From assembly GCF_040938485.1 (NCBI RefSeq), contig NW_027272710.1, positions 1 through 64,000 of the forward strand: a stretch of 64,000 bases of DNA, written 5' to 3'. Source of the DNA: Diadema antillarum. Its lineage: Eukaryota. This document shows, in pieces, positions 34,161-49,294 of the stretch; position 1 is the first letter of the stretch, and each line of letters opens with the position of its first letter. Made by a program: the position numbers and the translations under genes. The notes beneath the pieces were generated by a model. The model worked only from the letters and a program-made list of their open reading frames with translations, was not told the DNA's origin and did not search any database.

Positions 34161-34337
34161 NNNNNNNNNNNNNNNNNNNNNNNNNNNNNNNNNNNNNNNN
34201 NNNNNNNNNNNNNNNNNNNNNNNNNNNNNNNNNNNNNNNNNNNNNNNNNNNNNNNNNNNNNNNNNNNNNNNNNNNNNNNNNNNNNNNNNNNNNNNNNNNN
34301 NNNNNNNNNNNNNNNNNNNNNNNNNNNNNNNNNNNNN
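34161..34337. other. Assembly gap (177 N)
   Basis: Run of N. Confidence 1.
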
Positions 34338-34545
34338 AGATTTTGAAGTACGGTCTCTGTCATAAAGTACAAAATAATACCTTTTTAAATGATATATTGT
34401 TCATACATATAAAGATATATTTTTGAAGTTATGGTCAAAAGAAGCAAAATTTTTCTTATTATTCTCTTTGTTTTTCTTGATCTTTAATCACAAATATCTC
34501 CACTTGGCAAATATGGACTTATCGGTTTTTGCGAACAAACTCTTC
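34338..34545 (-). mobile_element. GAAGAG-TIR MITE truncated by the gap
   Basis: Ends CTTATCGGTTTTTGCGAACAAACTCTTC, and the internal sequence is the reverse complement of 4036-4282. Confidence 0.85.
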
Positions 34546-36979
34546 AATATGATAATATACATGTATAGACCATCTATTCGTAATGCATTAAGGTATGGTT
34601 ACTAACTTGACAATACTTTACCATCAACATATGAAATTACATTTTCATAACAAAATCTATGACATTGGGAATATTATGATATTATTAGACAATGTATGAT
34701 AAAGTTCAAAGTAAATCGCATCATAAATACTCTGAAATTAAAAGTCTTTTATGTATTTTCTTAAATTTTGATTGCTTTTAATGAGTATTCATAACCTGTG
34801 TAAAGATTTGTGATACAGTGTTACCACAAGAGTACCACAGGAATACCATAGGAATACCACAGAAATACCACATGAAGTATCACATACTGTACCTCAGCAC
34901 TCCAACTAAATGGGTAATACTGCAGGAGCATATGTCAGGTTAAATACTGTTTAAATCAATTGTTATGATTCACAGCATTACTTATTTATCAATTACATTT
35001 TGGAATATGTGTGTAGTATGTTAGTTTGTTAGTTTATTCCAGTAGGACCTACTGCTGTGTGTTACTCATGTGAGGTACTGCTGTGTGGCATATTGTATTG
35101 TCTTGTGATAGTCCTGCGATACTGTGATTAGTTTGTGACTTTTGGGGAAGAACCACATAGACTAGAATTCCACACTGTGGCAACTCTGTGGGCACACAAA
35201 ATTTCACAAATTACAGTATGTGACACACGTTGGCCAATGGTAAGCTGTGGTAACTGTGATTTCTTTCAGATTTAGCATGTGGTAAGTCACATAGTTTTAA
35301 ATACACAATATTTGTGTATAAGTGAACACATCTTTCCCACAGACTATGTAACACACTGTGGCTATTGTGTGATAGCTGTGGTAACTGTATACCTCTATGT
35401 GGCTAGTAGGAGATAAACCACATAGTTTATCGTTTCACACTGTGACATCTCTGTGGAGGCACTATTCCCATAGACTGCAATATGTGACACACTGTGACTA
35501 TTATGAGTTAACTGCATGTCACCATATGATAAGTATGTGGTTTACCACATAGTCGGAAAATTCAAACTATGACAACTCTTTGAACACACCATGCCCACAT
35601 ACTATACCATAGTACACACTGTGACCATTACGTGGTAAGCTGTGGTAACTGTATGACTACGTGAGTTGTATGTGGTGAACCACATAGTTGGTAATTTCAC
35701 ACTGTGTCAAAACTGTGAACACACTATATTCACACATTTTACACATAGTTAAATATGTGAATACATTGACAGTGGTAACACTGTGTTTGTTCCATAAGGG
35801 CATGGCTCATGTTCTCTTCGATATTTCAACTGCTCGTCGACAAGGTCCTCTAAATCTAGTTACCCATCACTGCCAGGTGTCCATAATTTGCACAGGCCTA
35901 TTTGATTAGCGAGGAACAAAAGTTATGAAACGTCTTCTCTCAAATATTATTGTTTCAGCTCAGCAGAAATCTACTTCTGGCGCCTCCGGTTAGGAGTCTT
36001 AGATATAATACCGCCCCCTCCCGAAAGAAGAGTATAAGGACATCAATGAAAACTAAGAAACGTACGTTGTAAGGTACAAAGTTGAGCAGTTGTGAAGAAA
36101 TCTTGAAAAAAAATCAGTAGAGCTAAAATCTTCCTGTGGCGCCTCCTGTTAGTAGTCTATTAAATTAATATTTGAATATAAGGGCAAGGTACACAGTTCA
36201 CTTGTAAGACGTAGCAGTTTCTTATTATTATGCCCCTGCATTAGAACGAAAACACCTTGACAGAAGAAATTACAGTACACACTGGACGTCAAGCTGTTAC
36301 GATCATTTTTGATAAATCCCCCAAGGGAGAAGATTCAAGTCAACATTATTTCATACTTGTGTGTTTAGAACTCCGAGTTACAAATCGCGAATATTTCAAA
36401 TCTTGGATCGAATGCATTCTTCACTTTAATTCTCATATTCGGGTAAATGGTATAGATAAACAATGATTATAATACCTGTAAATCTTGAAATGAATTCACA
36501 ACCCAAATTAAAAACTCCGTCCCTACGTAGGACCAACTTTTTTAAACTTTTGTCAAGTGATATCTAGAAATTGTTTTCAAATAATCATTTACCTCAAACC
36601 GCTCATTTTTTAAATGAAAACACGGTATTCTATTACGTCATTATATTGTTTCTTTCACGATTTCTTCTTAACGAGTAGAAATTTTCTTCCTTTTTTGTGA
36701 TGCGTGCTTGTTTCTGGCTCTGGCTGTGTATACGCACGTTACGTTTGTGTGTGTGTGTGTGTGTGTTACTTGCGTTACATGTGTATGTTGTTTGGGTGTG
36801 TGTGTGTTTGTGTTTGTGTTATTTCAAGTAGGCCTACATGATTACATCAAAATTATGTTGAATGATGTATGTATCTACTCGGTCTGAGAGATAAGACCGA
36901 GTTGACCGATGTTGACTCACTTCTCTTCTCACTGAGCACACACCCTAAATCTTACACATATTCACTGAAATGATATATC

Positions 36980-37027
<48 letters not shown>

Positions 37028-37257
37028 TACAACCAACTAATGAACACCCTTGCAACCATACGATCAAGCACATCCACATCAGATCTACATAGCCACACTC
37101 AAACTCTTACGCACGTACAAATGTGGAAACAGAAAATGATACCGGTCTCTTGTGATTAAGCGTCGGGGGTTACTAAGCAAGTAGAGGAACAGACGCCAAA
37201 CGTCAATCTGTATTCGATACAATATAAATGTATGCATGTATGTATGTAATATATATA

Positions 37258-37324
<67 letters not shown>

Positions 37325-38169
37325 TATATCATTATGTCATTTAAGTATTTGTAAACTCTTTGGGAAGTCAATAATGTGCTCAGACACGATACATTATATT
37401 TTATTTGTTTATTGTGTTCAATAGATAAGTGCCCTTTGTAGTAGGTGCATGCATGCACAGCATGTACGCAGAATATACTTGAGAGGTGCAGCTTCTCACC
37501 CTATGAGGAAACGGAAATTAAACATCTAACCATGTCTAAACACTCCTTACTATGATTATCCTGGTTAAATGTTTTTTAACGGTTTGGTATAATATAGAAG
37601 TATGCATCAGACTTAAAATGCGACAAAAATCCACATTACTCTTTCGAAACCTTATAGTATACATAACAGTTAAATAAATAACATTACAGTCAGTTCATTG
37701 CACAGAGGCTAATAAATATAATGTATAAATGAACAAATAAATAGGTCAGTTATAATACGTATAAATAAATACATGAATATATAACTGCACACTTAGGAAT
37801 ACAGCTTTTCTTCGAGAAGGTAACAACATTATGCCACATAGTGGATACTTGTAATGCATGACGTCAAACTTGATTTTTACCGTACTCAAACATTGAGTAA
37901 TACAGCCTACAACTTGTATATTTCATTTACAGGCTTCGCGAATTACGATATACACAGAACTAAAAAAGTAACAAACACACACAGAGATTACATCCTCGTG
38001 ATATATCAAAGAAATGCGAGTTAGAAATTGTCAGAGGCTGGAATGATGATTAGATTTGAATGTGTACATTATGTGTTTAAAAAATAGAGAGAAATGATTG
38101 ATCCATATGTGAGGGTACACAGTAGTAGAATTGGGTTTAAGCGTCTTACAGTATTCCTAACAAGTTGAA

Positions 38170-38707
38170 ATGACAAGTTCACCTTCATAGACATGTGGAT
38201 GGAGTGAATGCAGCAATATTAGTAAACAACATCAGTGAGAGTTTGAGGAAAATTGGACAATCCGTTCAAAAGTTGTGAATTTTTGGAGTTTTTGCTCAGT
38301 CGCTACTTAATGAGACGACTACTATAGCTCGTGATTTAACTTGTGTACAACGAAATAAAGAAAACATAAAGAAAAGTCAACATATTTTAACTTTTTTCGC
38401 ATGATATTAGAACGCTTGTCTTGCCTCTTTCAGAAGGCAGGGGGAATAATATTAGCCTTAACATACTTCAGTGACAGGTTGAGGAAATGTGCACTTTATA
38501 CCCCCCCCCCCCTCCCAAAAAAAAAAAAAAGTGAAATGTGATATCAGGCACCTAAGTAGTCTTCTCATCCAGCAGTGACTGCACAGATAATTTAAAAATG
38601 CACAACTTTTGAACAGATTATACGATTTTTCCAAACTTTCACTAATGTGTTCTAATGATATTGCTGCATTTATTTCATCCATGTGTATAGGAAGGTGAAC
38701 TTGTCCT
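38170..38707. mobile_element. Kolobok-like TTAA MITE, copy 3
   Basis: Paralog of 10866-11407, ending GTGAACTTGTCCT-TTAA. Confidence 0.75.
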
Positions 38708-39293
38708 TTAAGAAAAATACTATTACACAGGAGATACATTGCAATTTTACATTACATACCATCTTAAAAAAAAAACTACAGAATAATTTCTACCTCTCGT
38801 CTTAATGAAAATCATGAACTTCGACTCATCTATCTCACTACAGCAGCGGCTGTAGTTGTTATTAAATCAACTTAAATTCTACCTTTTCCTTTTCGAATGT
38901 AATCGTCACTAATTTCTGATTTTCCGAATTTCCATTCTTCCGCTATAACGTATAAATCAATAATATCTATCAATTTTCTTTGAAATCATCGTCAAAACTG
39001 AACAGAGAAAGTCGATAAGCGTCATTTATACAACAAGACGTCTTATCCATTTATATAAAGGGCTAATTACATCAGTAATCAAAAATAAGATAACAAATAT
39101 TCTTAAGAGAAGAAATATCTTAACAACAATTCAGTTTTAGTAAGAGCTAGATGGCTCTTGTGGATGACAATGTGTAAGGCAAGACAGGAGTTTAGCACAT
39201 CTTACAAGAATAAGTAAAAATATTTGAACAGTCAATACTGAATACATTGGAGCAAGAACTCAAGACATGGATATTTCACCAACAGCTGGCCTC

Positions 39294-40354
39294 TTATGCT
39301 CGCCTCATGCGCATACAGGCACATGACACGGGGACTTGAAGGGTCTTCTGCTCGTACCGGAAGTGGCCATCCACACACTGGGTCTTCTGCAGGACTTTCA
39401 TGTTGTACATCACAGGTTGACATCGAAGGTTTGGATCCACTTGGTGTGTGTAAGGATCCAGACATGCCGAACACTGGCACTGGGCCATAGTGATCGCCAT
39501 TGGAATACGGTCGGCATCGAAGCATTCCACGTAGGTCCATGGACACGAGCCGTCTTGGTTGACAATCTCCGGACTTCCAGGGTTTGGTTTCGCTCCTACG
39601 GGGCAGTCCTGCGGGCTGGAGACGCCATCAAACGGACAGCTTGATGTATCGGCCAAGCCCATGTCACTGGTCGACAGGTTGAAACTTTGTACGGCGAATG
39701 CTGCCGCTTTAGGATAGAAGAGATTAGAGTTCAGTTCTCGTCGATGGGAATCAGCTGCGTCTATTGGCAGACATGTCTGAGAGGTGCTCGGGACTGGTGA
39801 CGATGTAACGGTCTGGAAGATGGCTGCTGCCATCGACGTAAGTAGAAGTATGGTCTGATGAAGCAAAACGATAAGAGATTGGTAAATGATACGTCCATAC
39901 GTCCATATGGATGAAATTATATCAAACTAATTGCTTATCTCAATGCAGAAAATATAATAAGTGGAAAACAAGTTGAATGCTATTCGCATTTCGACTAGTA
40001 ACGGAGTTTCAATGCAAATGGGGAATCATTTAAATGGAATACGTAATGATGGTAAATCTTGCCCTTCTGATTCTTGTCTTAGACTAATCACACACGGCCT
40101 TTGCAAAATTAACCTGAATTAATCGACAAATACATGATAAATTGAATCTAATACATAAAGTTCATGGCGACACAATTTTCGAGTGTTTTTTAAATGAAAG
40201 ACGAGCGCATGCAGTCAACTGAAATACCACTCGGAATTATTGTAATTGCAACGATACTAACTGTCAAATAATGTCAGGTGTGACGGTAAGATAATCATAA
40301 TGGCACGACTCTTTTTGAATGTCAAACTAAAGTGGTGGTGGGACTCACATTCAT
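39294..40354 (-). CDS. IL17: Interleukin-17 family cytokine, copy 3 (type A): join(40354..40349,39854..39294), 188 aa
   Basis: Same pattern and splice sites. Differs from copy 1 at three residues (TI/TL, PID/PRD, ADT/AGT). Confidence 0.9.
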
Positions 40355-40721
40355 TTTGAGCGTGGTGTTGAAGTCCTCTTGTTTCTTGCAGTATAATGTG
40401 CCTTCCCAATTGAGACGTTTACGAGTCCTCTCTAGTAAGTTGACGTCGAGGTATCTTCCAGGCAAGAAATGCTCGGTGATATTCTGGATTCCCTAGCATA
40501 CAAGCTTAAGATGACGGAGACAACTCCACACTGACGAGTTTTATACCATGAGCTTGCCGGATGGAGATTATATGATACCTGTACGGACACGGAACATGTC
40601 TTCATATACTTCCTAGTTCCTTCCCGCTATCATAGACATCCCGAGACTATTATTTGTGCCGTTTAAGCTAAGGCCTATCGTCTGTATACCCTGGTCAAAT
40701 ATGAAACCTCTCCACAGGCAA

Positions 40722-40731
40722 GGGAATTCCC
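40722..40731. promoter_or_regulatory. NF-kB site GGGAATTCCC, copy 3
   Basis: Perfect palindrome at the same position as in the other promoters. Confidence 0.75.
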
Positions 40732-41599
40732 AGGAGATGCCGCTTTAATTACATTATGTACATAATACATCCAAAAATAGCCTTCTTAAAAATACACTTA
40801 CTGTTCCACTTAAATAGAATAACAAATTGGAATTTTCTTTCTAATGATCTAATCCTTTAATATCGTGTAACTGACCAAAGCACTGTTAAACAAAAGTACT
40901 CTTTGCAAGAATACTCAAGAAAACTTCGGAAGTCATTATTTGGTGACGCAGATCTCTGATGAAATGTTTTAGATAGAGATAAACCCTGAATTAAACAGAT
41001 TGTAACTCTAAAGGATCTGTAACTCGACAGAGTTTATGTTCCTGAAACAATATTCATGAGAGAAACTCAAACACACAGGTAAAGATACTGATGCAAACGG
41101 GAAATTAAGAGTCCCAGAAAATTTACCAGCGGGAACATTTTCTGTTTTGCAGTGGGAAAAAACCGAAGCCGTACGAACGGAAGCAACGCCAATTTGGCTT
41201 ATGCAAAGACGGATATCTTAGTGATAACTATATCAAGAAAACAAGGAAATATCAGAATCGGACTTTTTGAGGTGAAATGTATAGTGAATGATAAATAGCA
41301 ATTATAACATAAAGATGTCGACTAAAATATAAAGATGTTCTCCCCTAGAAAAGGAAATGTAAGGTAGCGTCTGTCCCTCCCCCTCCATCCGGTTTTGCCA
41401 CCCTTGCTACGCTTTACACACATTATATTTGAGACCTGAAAGGTGTTCGCAACTGCATTCAACACACTGCAACACATGGAAAGAACACAGTGTCCCACAA
41501 TGTACAACACTATGTGAAACACAGTGTGAAAACATTGTAAACACAGTGTGAAATCTCTTCACACTGATAGATTCGAGCATATCAACAGTATGAACACAT

Positions 41600-41845
41600 G
41601 AAGAGTTTGTTTGCAAAAACCGATAAGTCAATATTTGCCAAATGGAGGTATTTGCAATTAAAGGTCAAGAAAAATGAGGAGAATAATACGAAATGTTTTG
41701 CTTCTTTTGACCATAACTTCAAAAATATACCTTTATATGTAGTGACCAATGTATCATTTAAAAGGTATTATTTTTACTTTATGACAGAGACCGTACTTCA
41801 AAATCTTCAAAAATGGACTTATCGGTTCTTGCGAACAAACTCTTC
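41600..41845 (+). mobile_element. GAAGAG-TIR MITE with a clean target duplication
   Basis: gaacACAT-[GAAGAG...CTCTTC]-ACATtgtgaat versus the empty paralog gaacACATtgtgaat near 14350. Confidence 0.9.
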
Positions 41846-44104
41846 ACATTGTGAATCATCAATTTATAGGTATGAATCATTAATTCACAGTGTAGAACAA
41901 AACATTAATAATGAATACCCCTGTGAAAAAAAACACACCACAGTGTGAAATAATCTCCAGACTGTTAAATTCGAGCGTTTTCTCATAGTAGACTTTGTGA
42001 ACACAGTGTGAACGCACTGTGGGACACTGCGTTCTTTTCAGTAGGGAAGGACAAAGTGTTATCTGCCATCTTCAACCAAACCATCGAAAGGATAATGTCG
42101 TGTCATATTTAATAGCGACATATCTACTTCACTCTGTCTCTATTTCTCTACCGAGAACATGCATATAAGCTGAAACATCAAATGAGGTAAATACATCGGT
42201 ATGTCTTCCTTCAATTTCTGACACAAGTCTTTTTATGCTATGATCTAGGGAAAGTCGCTGCGATAGAACAATTACTCCTGTAATGTAAAGCCATTAAGTG
42301 CAAGTCATTTTTTCAATGTAAAGAAAAAGGAGAAAAATCCTCCTTCATTGATCTTGACCTTTTCCACTTTTCAAAAAGAAATATTTTGTTTAATATCTTC
42401 TTAAAGAAAATAATCTATTGATATGCTTCAGTATAAAGTCACTGCAAAAGTGTATAGTTGTGCAAATATCGTTTATCTCCATTGCTTGAAATCTTCGGCA
42501 TTTTTATTAAGCACGCAAGTTGCTTTGAATTATAACCAAGTTGTTTATTTTGGTGTACATCTTACGCCAATGTTATTGTATATAGGTGGAAAAGAATGGG
42601 CATTAACAATTCCGTGGTCTCGTTTATGATACCATGGAAAGACTTCATGAATATCTTCTTGACTCCCAGAGCGCCAACTTGAAAAACATGTAACAGACTG
42701 CATAGCAGTCAAAGATTGGAAGGACAACAAACCTACTTTTTTTTTTAACAGCTTGTTTTGTCAGCATACCTTGATACAGATCCGAGACATGGACCATGAA
42801 AAAGGCCCTGCAGGACCGGCTTGATGACACATACAGCCGACTTTTTATGAGAGTGCATGATATCAGTTGGGGAGAGCACAAAACAAGCAAAGAAATCCAT
42901 TGAGATATTTAATTTGTTTTTTTTTTTCTCTCTCATCATCCGCTTTTAAAGACATTAATTTCAACATTATGATGTTTCCGGGAAAAAAAAAATATCAATG
43001 TTAATTATGTATTACAATCGGTCTTTAAAAAACATATTTTTTATACATAGGATGTTAATAACGGAAGAAAATATGCATTTTAGTTTTTCCCACGTTTTCC
43101 AGCATCTATTTCAATTTTTAAAACACTCCAGACTGCCCGCAAAAAACAACAACAGATATTTGTTCCTTTTTTCCTCCCTGTTTTATTCCCCAGAATTAAC
43201 ACTTTATAGATAGTTCAAAATTCAAAATTTACCAAATGAATCAGCTTTCATTGAAGAAAGAGTCTCTGCATTAACCTTCCATTAACCTCTTGTTTTTTGT
43301 TTTTTGTTTTTTTTTTTGTTTTTTTTTGGGGGGGGTGTTTTGGGAAAAGACATAATATATATCTATTCATCTTACAGTACAAGAGAACATGTTGGAAGTC
43401 TTTCCTGCAACCACAAATATTTCATAAATCTCTGTCACTAAATTTCCAGACAAATGGTTTGTGTTTAACCGATAAAGTATTATAACATAAAGAGATCCCT
43501 TTAATGCGTTCTGATTTGTCTGTGTTACTCTTTTCAAAATACTTCCAGTTTACATTCAAATTTTATGATCTTTTCACAATACACCTCTGTCAAGAAGAAT
43601 TCAATTAAAATGCTTCCCTGACAAACTTTCAATCATGGGCTTTTGCTTTCGTCTTACAGTTATAGTTGGGACTACAAAAGATACACATTTTGGTATCGCA
43701 GATTTTATTTCAATTCAAAATATTCAAAAACCTGTTTATTGACTATTCTTTATCATAATCTATGATATCTTCTGTCGACAACAAATTACTTAGCCCAGTA
43801 CAGATATCACTCAGATGCGTAAAATAATCACTCCATATACCTATCTTCATTCAAACTACGTTTGAGCTTCATAACAAATGTATTTATTATCATACATACC
43901 ATGAAATCTCCTTACCAAATAGAAAAAAAAAACATTTTATTCATCCCGACAATGTAATAATTGACCACGCGCAAAATAAAATATCGCACAATTTGAATGT
44001 CCTTATAAAGGATCTAAGATTTTTTAGGGTGTTTTATTACTTTTTACATCTTTGTTCGGAGACAGTGCCGAATTGAATAATGATTTCTCATACTGAATAA
44101 TATT

Positions 44105-44323
44105 GTCGTAGAACACGGTTGTCCCTGTTTCCGTGTAAAGGAATAAATGTCCGATGTAATTTTTTAAAGATTATCCTGCCCATGCAGACAAGGGAGACCT
44201 CTGAACTATACTGATTGCATTACACGAGATATTGAGCATGAAATATCCGACTTCCAAATTCTGATGACTGACTGAAATATTTGGCACGGCATAGTGTCTC
44301 TATCTCCGATGCGTTCGTCTTAA
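44105..44323 (+). pseudogene. Decayed RTE-like LINE 3' end (paralog of 16490-16708)
   Basis: Translates ..GRPLNYTDCITRD..LMTD*NIWHGIV. Confidence 0.6.
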
Positions 44324-45687
44324 ACAATTACTGATTTAAAACCGTTTGATACAATGCAACAACACTCTATCTAATTATGTTGCAATGAATGTAAAACTTT
44401 ACCCCAAAAAATATATTTCGTAAAATTGGCATTTCTTTTAATATTATAAGTATTTTGGCCCTCCTGACACTTTCACTCTTGATATTTTACCTGTTATATT
44501 TTACCTGACACCAAGTTGGCTTGCATTAATATGTGCGTGTTGATGAAGTGTACTTTCACATGCATTCCGCACTATCATAACATGACGGATGTTGTGGTCG
44601 GCTGGTTCTTCCTTTGTTAATGTAGTTTAGTAATCTTTGAGTAGACGGAAATGTTAGTTCCCTTCTGTGAAATCAAAACTATGCGGAATTCTCAGAAGTG
44701 TTTGATGTCATTGTTACACCGCTGACGTATATAATTGTCCGAAGTCCGAAGTTGTAAGTATATACCTTTCTATTTTGGTAGTAACCCACGTGCCTGCCCA
44801 ATAGTTTTCCTTATTTTAATATCGTTAATACTCCTTATCTGTTTAGGATTTATCGGTAACGATAATCTAGAAGACATACAAAGCCATATGAAAGTCACTT
44901 CGTTATTTTGCATTCGTTGCTTTTTTTTCGCCATTAATCTAATTTATTCGATGTGACGAAATTTAATCATAATGATGAACAGGTTTCCCAATTTTACGGT
45001 GCTGTACTTGGGGCTTCCCTTGTATTTACATCTTTAAAAGTAATATCACCATAATATTACAACAGCATGTAAGCTCAGTTTAGATGATTAATGGTCAGGA
45101 TCACTGCTGATCAGCAAAGCGAATTGACCTGACTGAAGTGAAGAGTCGAAGTTTTTACAAATTTATTCCACAGGAGGATGATCACGACGGGGAAATAGTT
45201 GTTTATAGACAAGACAATTAACGAAGAGAAAGAAGGATATCACTTCTGAACAAAATGATGGGACAATAGCTCTTTTGGATTATTAATTCCAAAAATAACT
45301 ATTGATTACTTTTTTGGATCAGTCTACATTATTTTGATCTTGCCAAAGGAGGAGAAAATGACAGTCTAGTGAACTTGGAGGAAATACGAAAATCCGGCGG
45401 ACCTTGTTCCATTGTACCTCCGTGTGACAACAAAATGCCAAGGTCTCACACCCAGAAGACATCTAGATTGTAAATGTACAATGCACTATACACAAAATTT
45501 ATTAATCAAACAATACACATACAGCGTCTCCGTTCAACCTCAGCAATTCAGGTGTTGTCATTCTCCAATGATTCATCCAACATATCGCTTTTCCTTAGGT
45601 CACTCCTTATGAAGCTTTTCATGTGAAAAATCGCATTCAAAACATTTTGTCAGCTGCTTGCTGTCTAATCATCCATACTGTATCTAC

Positions 45688-46170
45688 CTCTTTTGGAATA
45701 GTCATAGCGTTGCAACATATTAAACACACACTGTGATTCACAGTGTGAAACACAGTGTGTTATCTCACACTATGGTTTCCTGTGAAATAGGGCGTAGTGT
45801 AATACTGTGTTATTATCACACCGTGGAAAATCACAGGGTGAATACTGTGGTAGGTAACACAGTATGTCAAAGTGAGGCATCCCATACTGTGTTATCTTCC
45901 AGTCTCTCATACTGTGTTATCTACCACAGTCTTTCACTCTGTGTTAGCAAACACAGTCGAAAAAAATCTAAGACAATCAATAGCCATAATGAAATGTATC
46001 ATAATTTACCTAACAGGCGAGTGATGAATTTAAGGACAACATGTTCCCTCTTATATAACCTGTCCTTCTCCTAATAGTAACCTCAAGCAACTTATACGGC
46101 CTACTACCATTGTAGTCCTAAATAAATCTATAATAGTCATCCTATTCCAACTTAGACATAGGGTGTATCA

Positions 46171-46211
<41 letters not shown>

Positions 46212-47522
46212 GCTATCTATTCGTAATGCATTAAGGCATGGTTCTTAAATAGACAATACTTTACTATCAAGAAATGAAGTTACACTTTCATAACAAAATT
46301 TATGACATTTGGAATATTATAACAGTATTAGACAATCTTTGATGAAGTTCAAAATAAAGTCTTATCATAAATACCCTGAAATTAAAAGTTTTTATCAGAA
46401 ATTTTCTAACATTTTGATTGCATTTGATGAATATTATTGAGCTTTATAACAATTTGTGCCACAGTGTTACCACAGGAGCACCACAGGATACTATAGAAAT
46501 ACCACAGAAATACCACATGAAGTGTCACATACTGTACCTCATCACTCCCACTTAAAAGGCAATGCTGTAGGAGCATAGACTAGGTTAAATACTGTTTAAA
46601 TTCATTGTTATAATCATGCTGCAACATTATGTCACACGTTCAGTGGTTAGTTTGTGGTAAACTGTAGTTCATGATGAGTCACTGTGTGACTTTTGGGTGA
46701 CAAACCACATAATCTAGAATTTCACACGGTGTCAATTCGGTGGACATGATATTCCCACATACTGCAATGTGTCACACAATTCGGTTTTGTGTGTGTGTGT
46801 GTGTGTGTTTGTGTGTGTGTGTTGCAAGCGCTGTAGCAACTGTGATTACTATGTGACTTTCGGTAAAGAACCTAATACACTAGAATTCCACACTGTTGCA
46901 ACTCTGTTGGCACACAAATTTTACATGTTAAGCCTACAGTATGTGACTCAATGTGGTTATTATATCGTAAGCTGTGGTAACTGTGATTTCTATCAGATTT
47001 AGCATGTGGTAAGTCACATAGTTTAAAAACACACTGTGCTCTTACGTTAACACATCTTTCCTACAGACTGAAATATGAAACACACTGTGACTATCATGTG
47101 GTAGCTGTAGCATCTCTATACTACTATCTGGCTATATAGGAGATAAACCACATAGTATATCGTTTCACACTGTGACATCACTGTGGAGGCGTTATTCCCA
47201 TAGAATGCAATATGTGACACACTGTGACTATCATACTGCATGTCACATATGATAAGTATGTGGTTAACCACGTAGTCTGAAAATTCATACTATGACAACT
47301 CTATGAACACACCATGCCCACATACTGCAGCATATGACACACTGTTACCATCATGTGGTAAGCTGTGGTAACTGTGTATATCTATGTGAGTTATAAGTGG
47401 TGAACCACGTAGTTTTCAATTTGACACTGTGGCAACACTGTGAACACAATGTATTCACACATTTTGCACATCGTTAACTATGTGAACACAGTGTGGTAGT
47501 ACTGTGTTTGTTTCATAAGTGT
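45688..47522. mobile_element. CACAGTGTG-array insertion (paralog of 18091-19843)
   Basis: Collinear with 18091-19843. Confidence 0.6.
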
Positions 47523-48177
47523 ATGGCTCACGTTCTCTTCGATATTTCAACTGCTTGTCGACAAGGTCCTCTCAATCTAGTTGCCCATCACTGTCAAGTG
47601 TCCATAATTTGCACAGGAATATTTGATTAGCGAGGGGCAAAAGTTATGAAACTTCTTTTCTCAAGTTGTAGCAGTTGAGCAGAAATCAAGCTGTGGCGCC
47701 TTCAGTTAGGAGTCTATTGAAGTAATGATTAAATGTAAGCACAAAGTGTAAAGTTCATTTCTAAGACGTAGCATTTTTTGTATTATTATTCCCCTGCATT
47801 AGAACGAAAACACCATGGCGGAAGAAACCACAGTACAAACTGGACGTCAAGGTATTACGATCATTTCTGATAAGGGAGAAGATTTAAGTCAACATTATTT
47901 CATACTTGTGTGTTTGGAACACCGACTTACAAATTGCGAATATATCAAAACTTGGATCAAATGCATTCATCACTTCGGAAGTAGCCCTATTCAATTATTA
48001 AATTCTCATTTTCGAGTAAATGGCAGAGATAAACAGTACTATATAATAACTGTAAGTCTTGAAATGAAACCACAACCAAAATAAGATACTCCGTCCCTAC
48101 GAAGGACCAACTTTTCGAAACTTTCGTCCAGTGATATTTGAGAATAGTTTTTTTTTTTTTAAATAATGATCATCCAG

Positions 48178-48314
48178 GGGGGCATTTCATGAAACATTTT
48201 GTCCGACAAAGTTGTCAGACAAATTTGCTCTCAGCCAATCAGATGTAAGGATTTCAGTAGCTTGTAACAGTTTGTCAGAAAAATATCCGACCAAAACGCT
48301 TAATGAAATTCCCC
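48178..48314. mobile_element. PIF/Harbinger-like MITE (paralog of 20507-20649)
   Basis: Same TIRs and CAG duplication. Confidence 0.7.
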
Positions 48315-49005
48315 CAGCTCATACCGCTCAATTTTTTCTTTTTTTTTAATGGAAACAAGGTATTCTGTTACGTCATTTTAATGTTTCTTTCACGATTTTT
48401 TCTTAACGAGTTGGAATTATCTTCCTTTTTTTTTTGTGATGCGCGTTTGTTTCAGGCTCTGGCTGTGTACACGCAGGTAACGTTATTATTCTTTTTTCTG
48501 TGAATGTGTGTGTGTTACTTGCGTTACATGTGTGTTACTTGCGTTACATGTTGGGTGTGTGTGTGTCTGTGTGTGTGTCTGTGTGTGTGTGTTATTTCAA
48601 GTATGCCTAACTGATTACATTAAAATTATGTTGAATAATGTATGTAAAATTGTATGTGCTTGGTCTGAGAGATAAGAAAAAGAAAAACAGTTGACTCACT
48701 TCTCTTCTCACTGAGCCAACACCCTAAATCCTACACATATTCGTTGAAATAATATAACCACACACACTCACACATACATTCATATAACTTAATGCACACC
48801 CGTGCAACAACACGATCAAGTACATCCACATCAGATCTACGTAGCCACACTCAAACTCTTACGCACACGTACAAATGTGAAAACAGAAAATGATACCGGT
48901 CACTTGTGGTTAAGCGCCGGGTTAATAAGCAAGTCGGCGAACAGACGTCAATCTGTATTCGATACAATATAGATAAACGCATGTATGCATATGATTTATA
49001 TACAT

Positions 49006-49249
49006 GAGGAGTTTGTTCGCAAAAACCGATAAGTCCTTTTTTTAAGATTTTGAATTACGGTCTATGTCATAAAGTACAAAATAATACATTTTATATGATG
49101 TATTAGTCACTACATATACAGGTACATTTTTGAAGTTATGGTCAAAAGAAACATTCTTTTTATAATTCTCTTTATTTTTCTTGACCTTTAATCGCAAATA
49201 TCTCCATTTGGCAAATATGGACTTATTCGTTTTTGCGAACAAACTCTTC
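49006..49249 (-). mobile_element. GAAGAG-TIR MITE (paralog of 21350-21594)
   Basis: Same flanks and orientation as 21350-21594. Confidence 0.88.
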
Positions 49250-49253
49250 ATAC

Positions 49254-49294
<41 letters not shown>

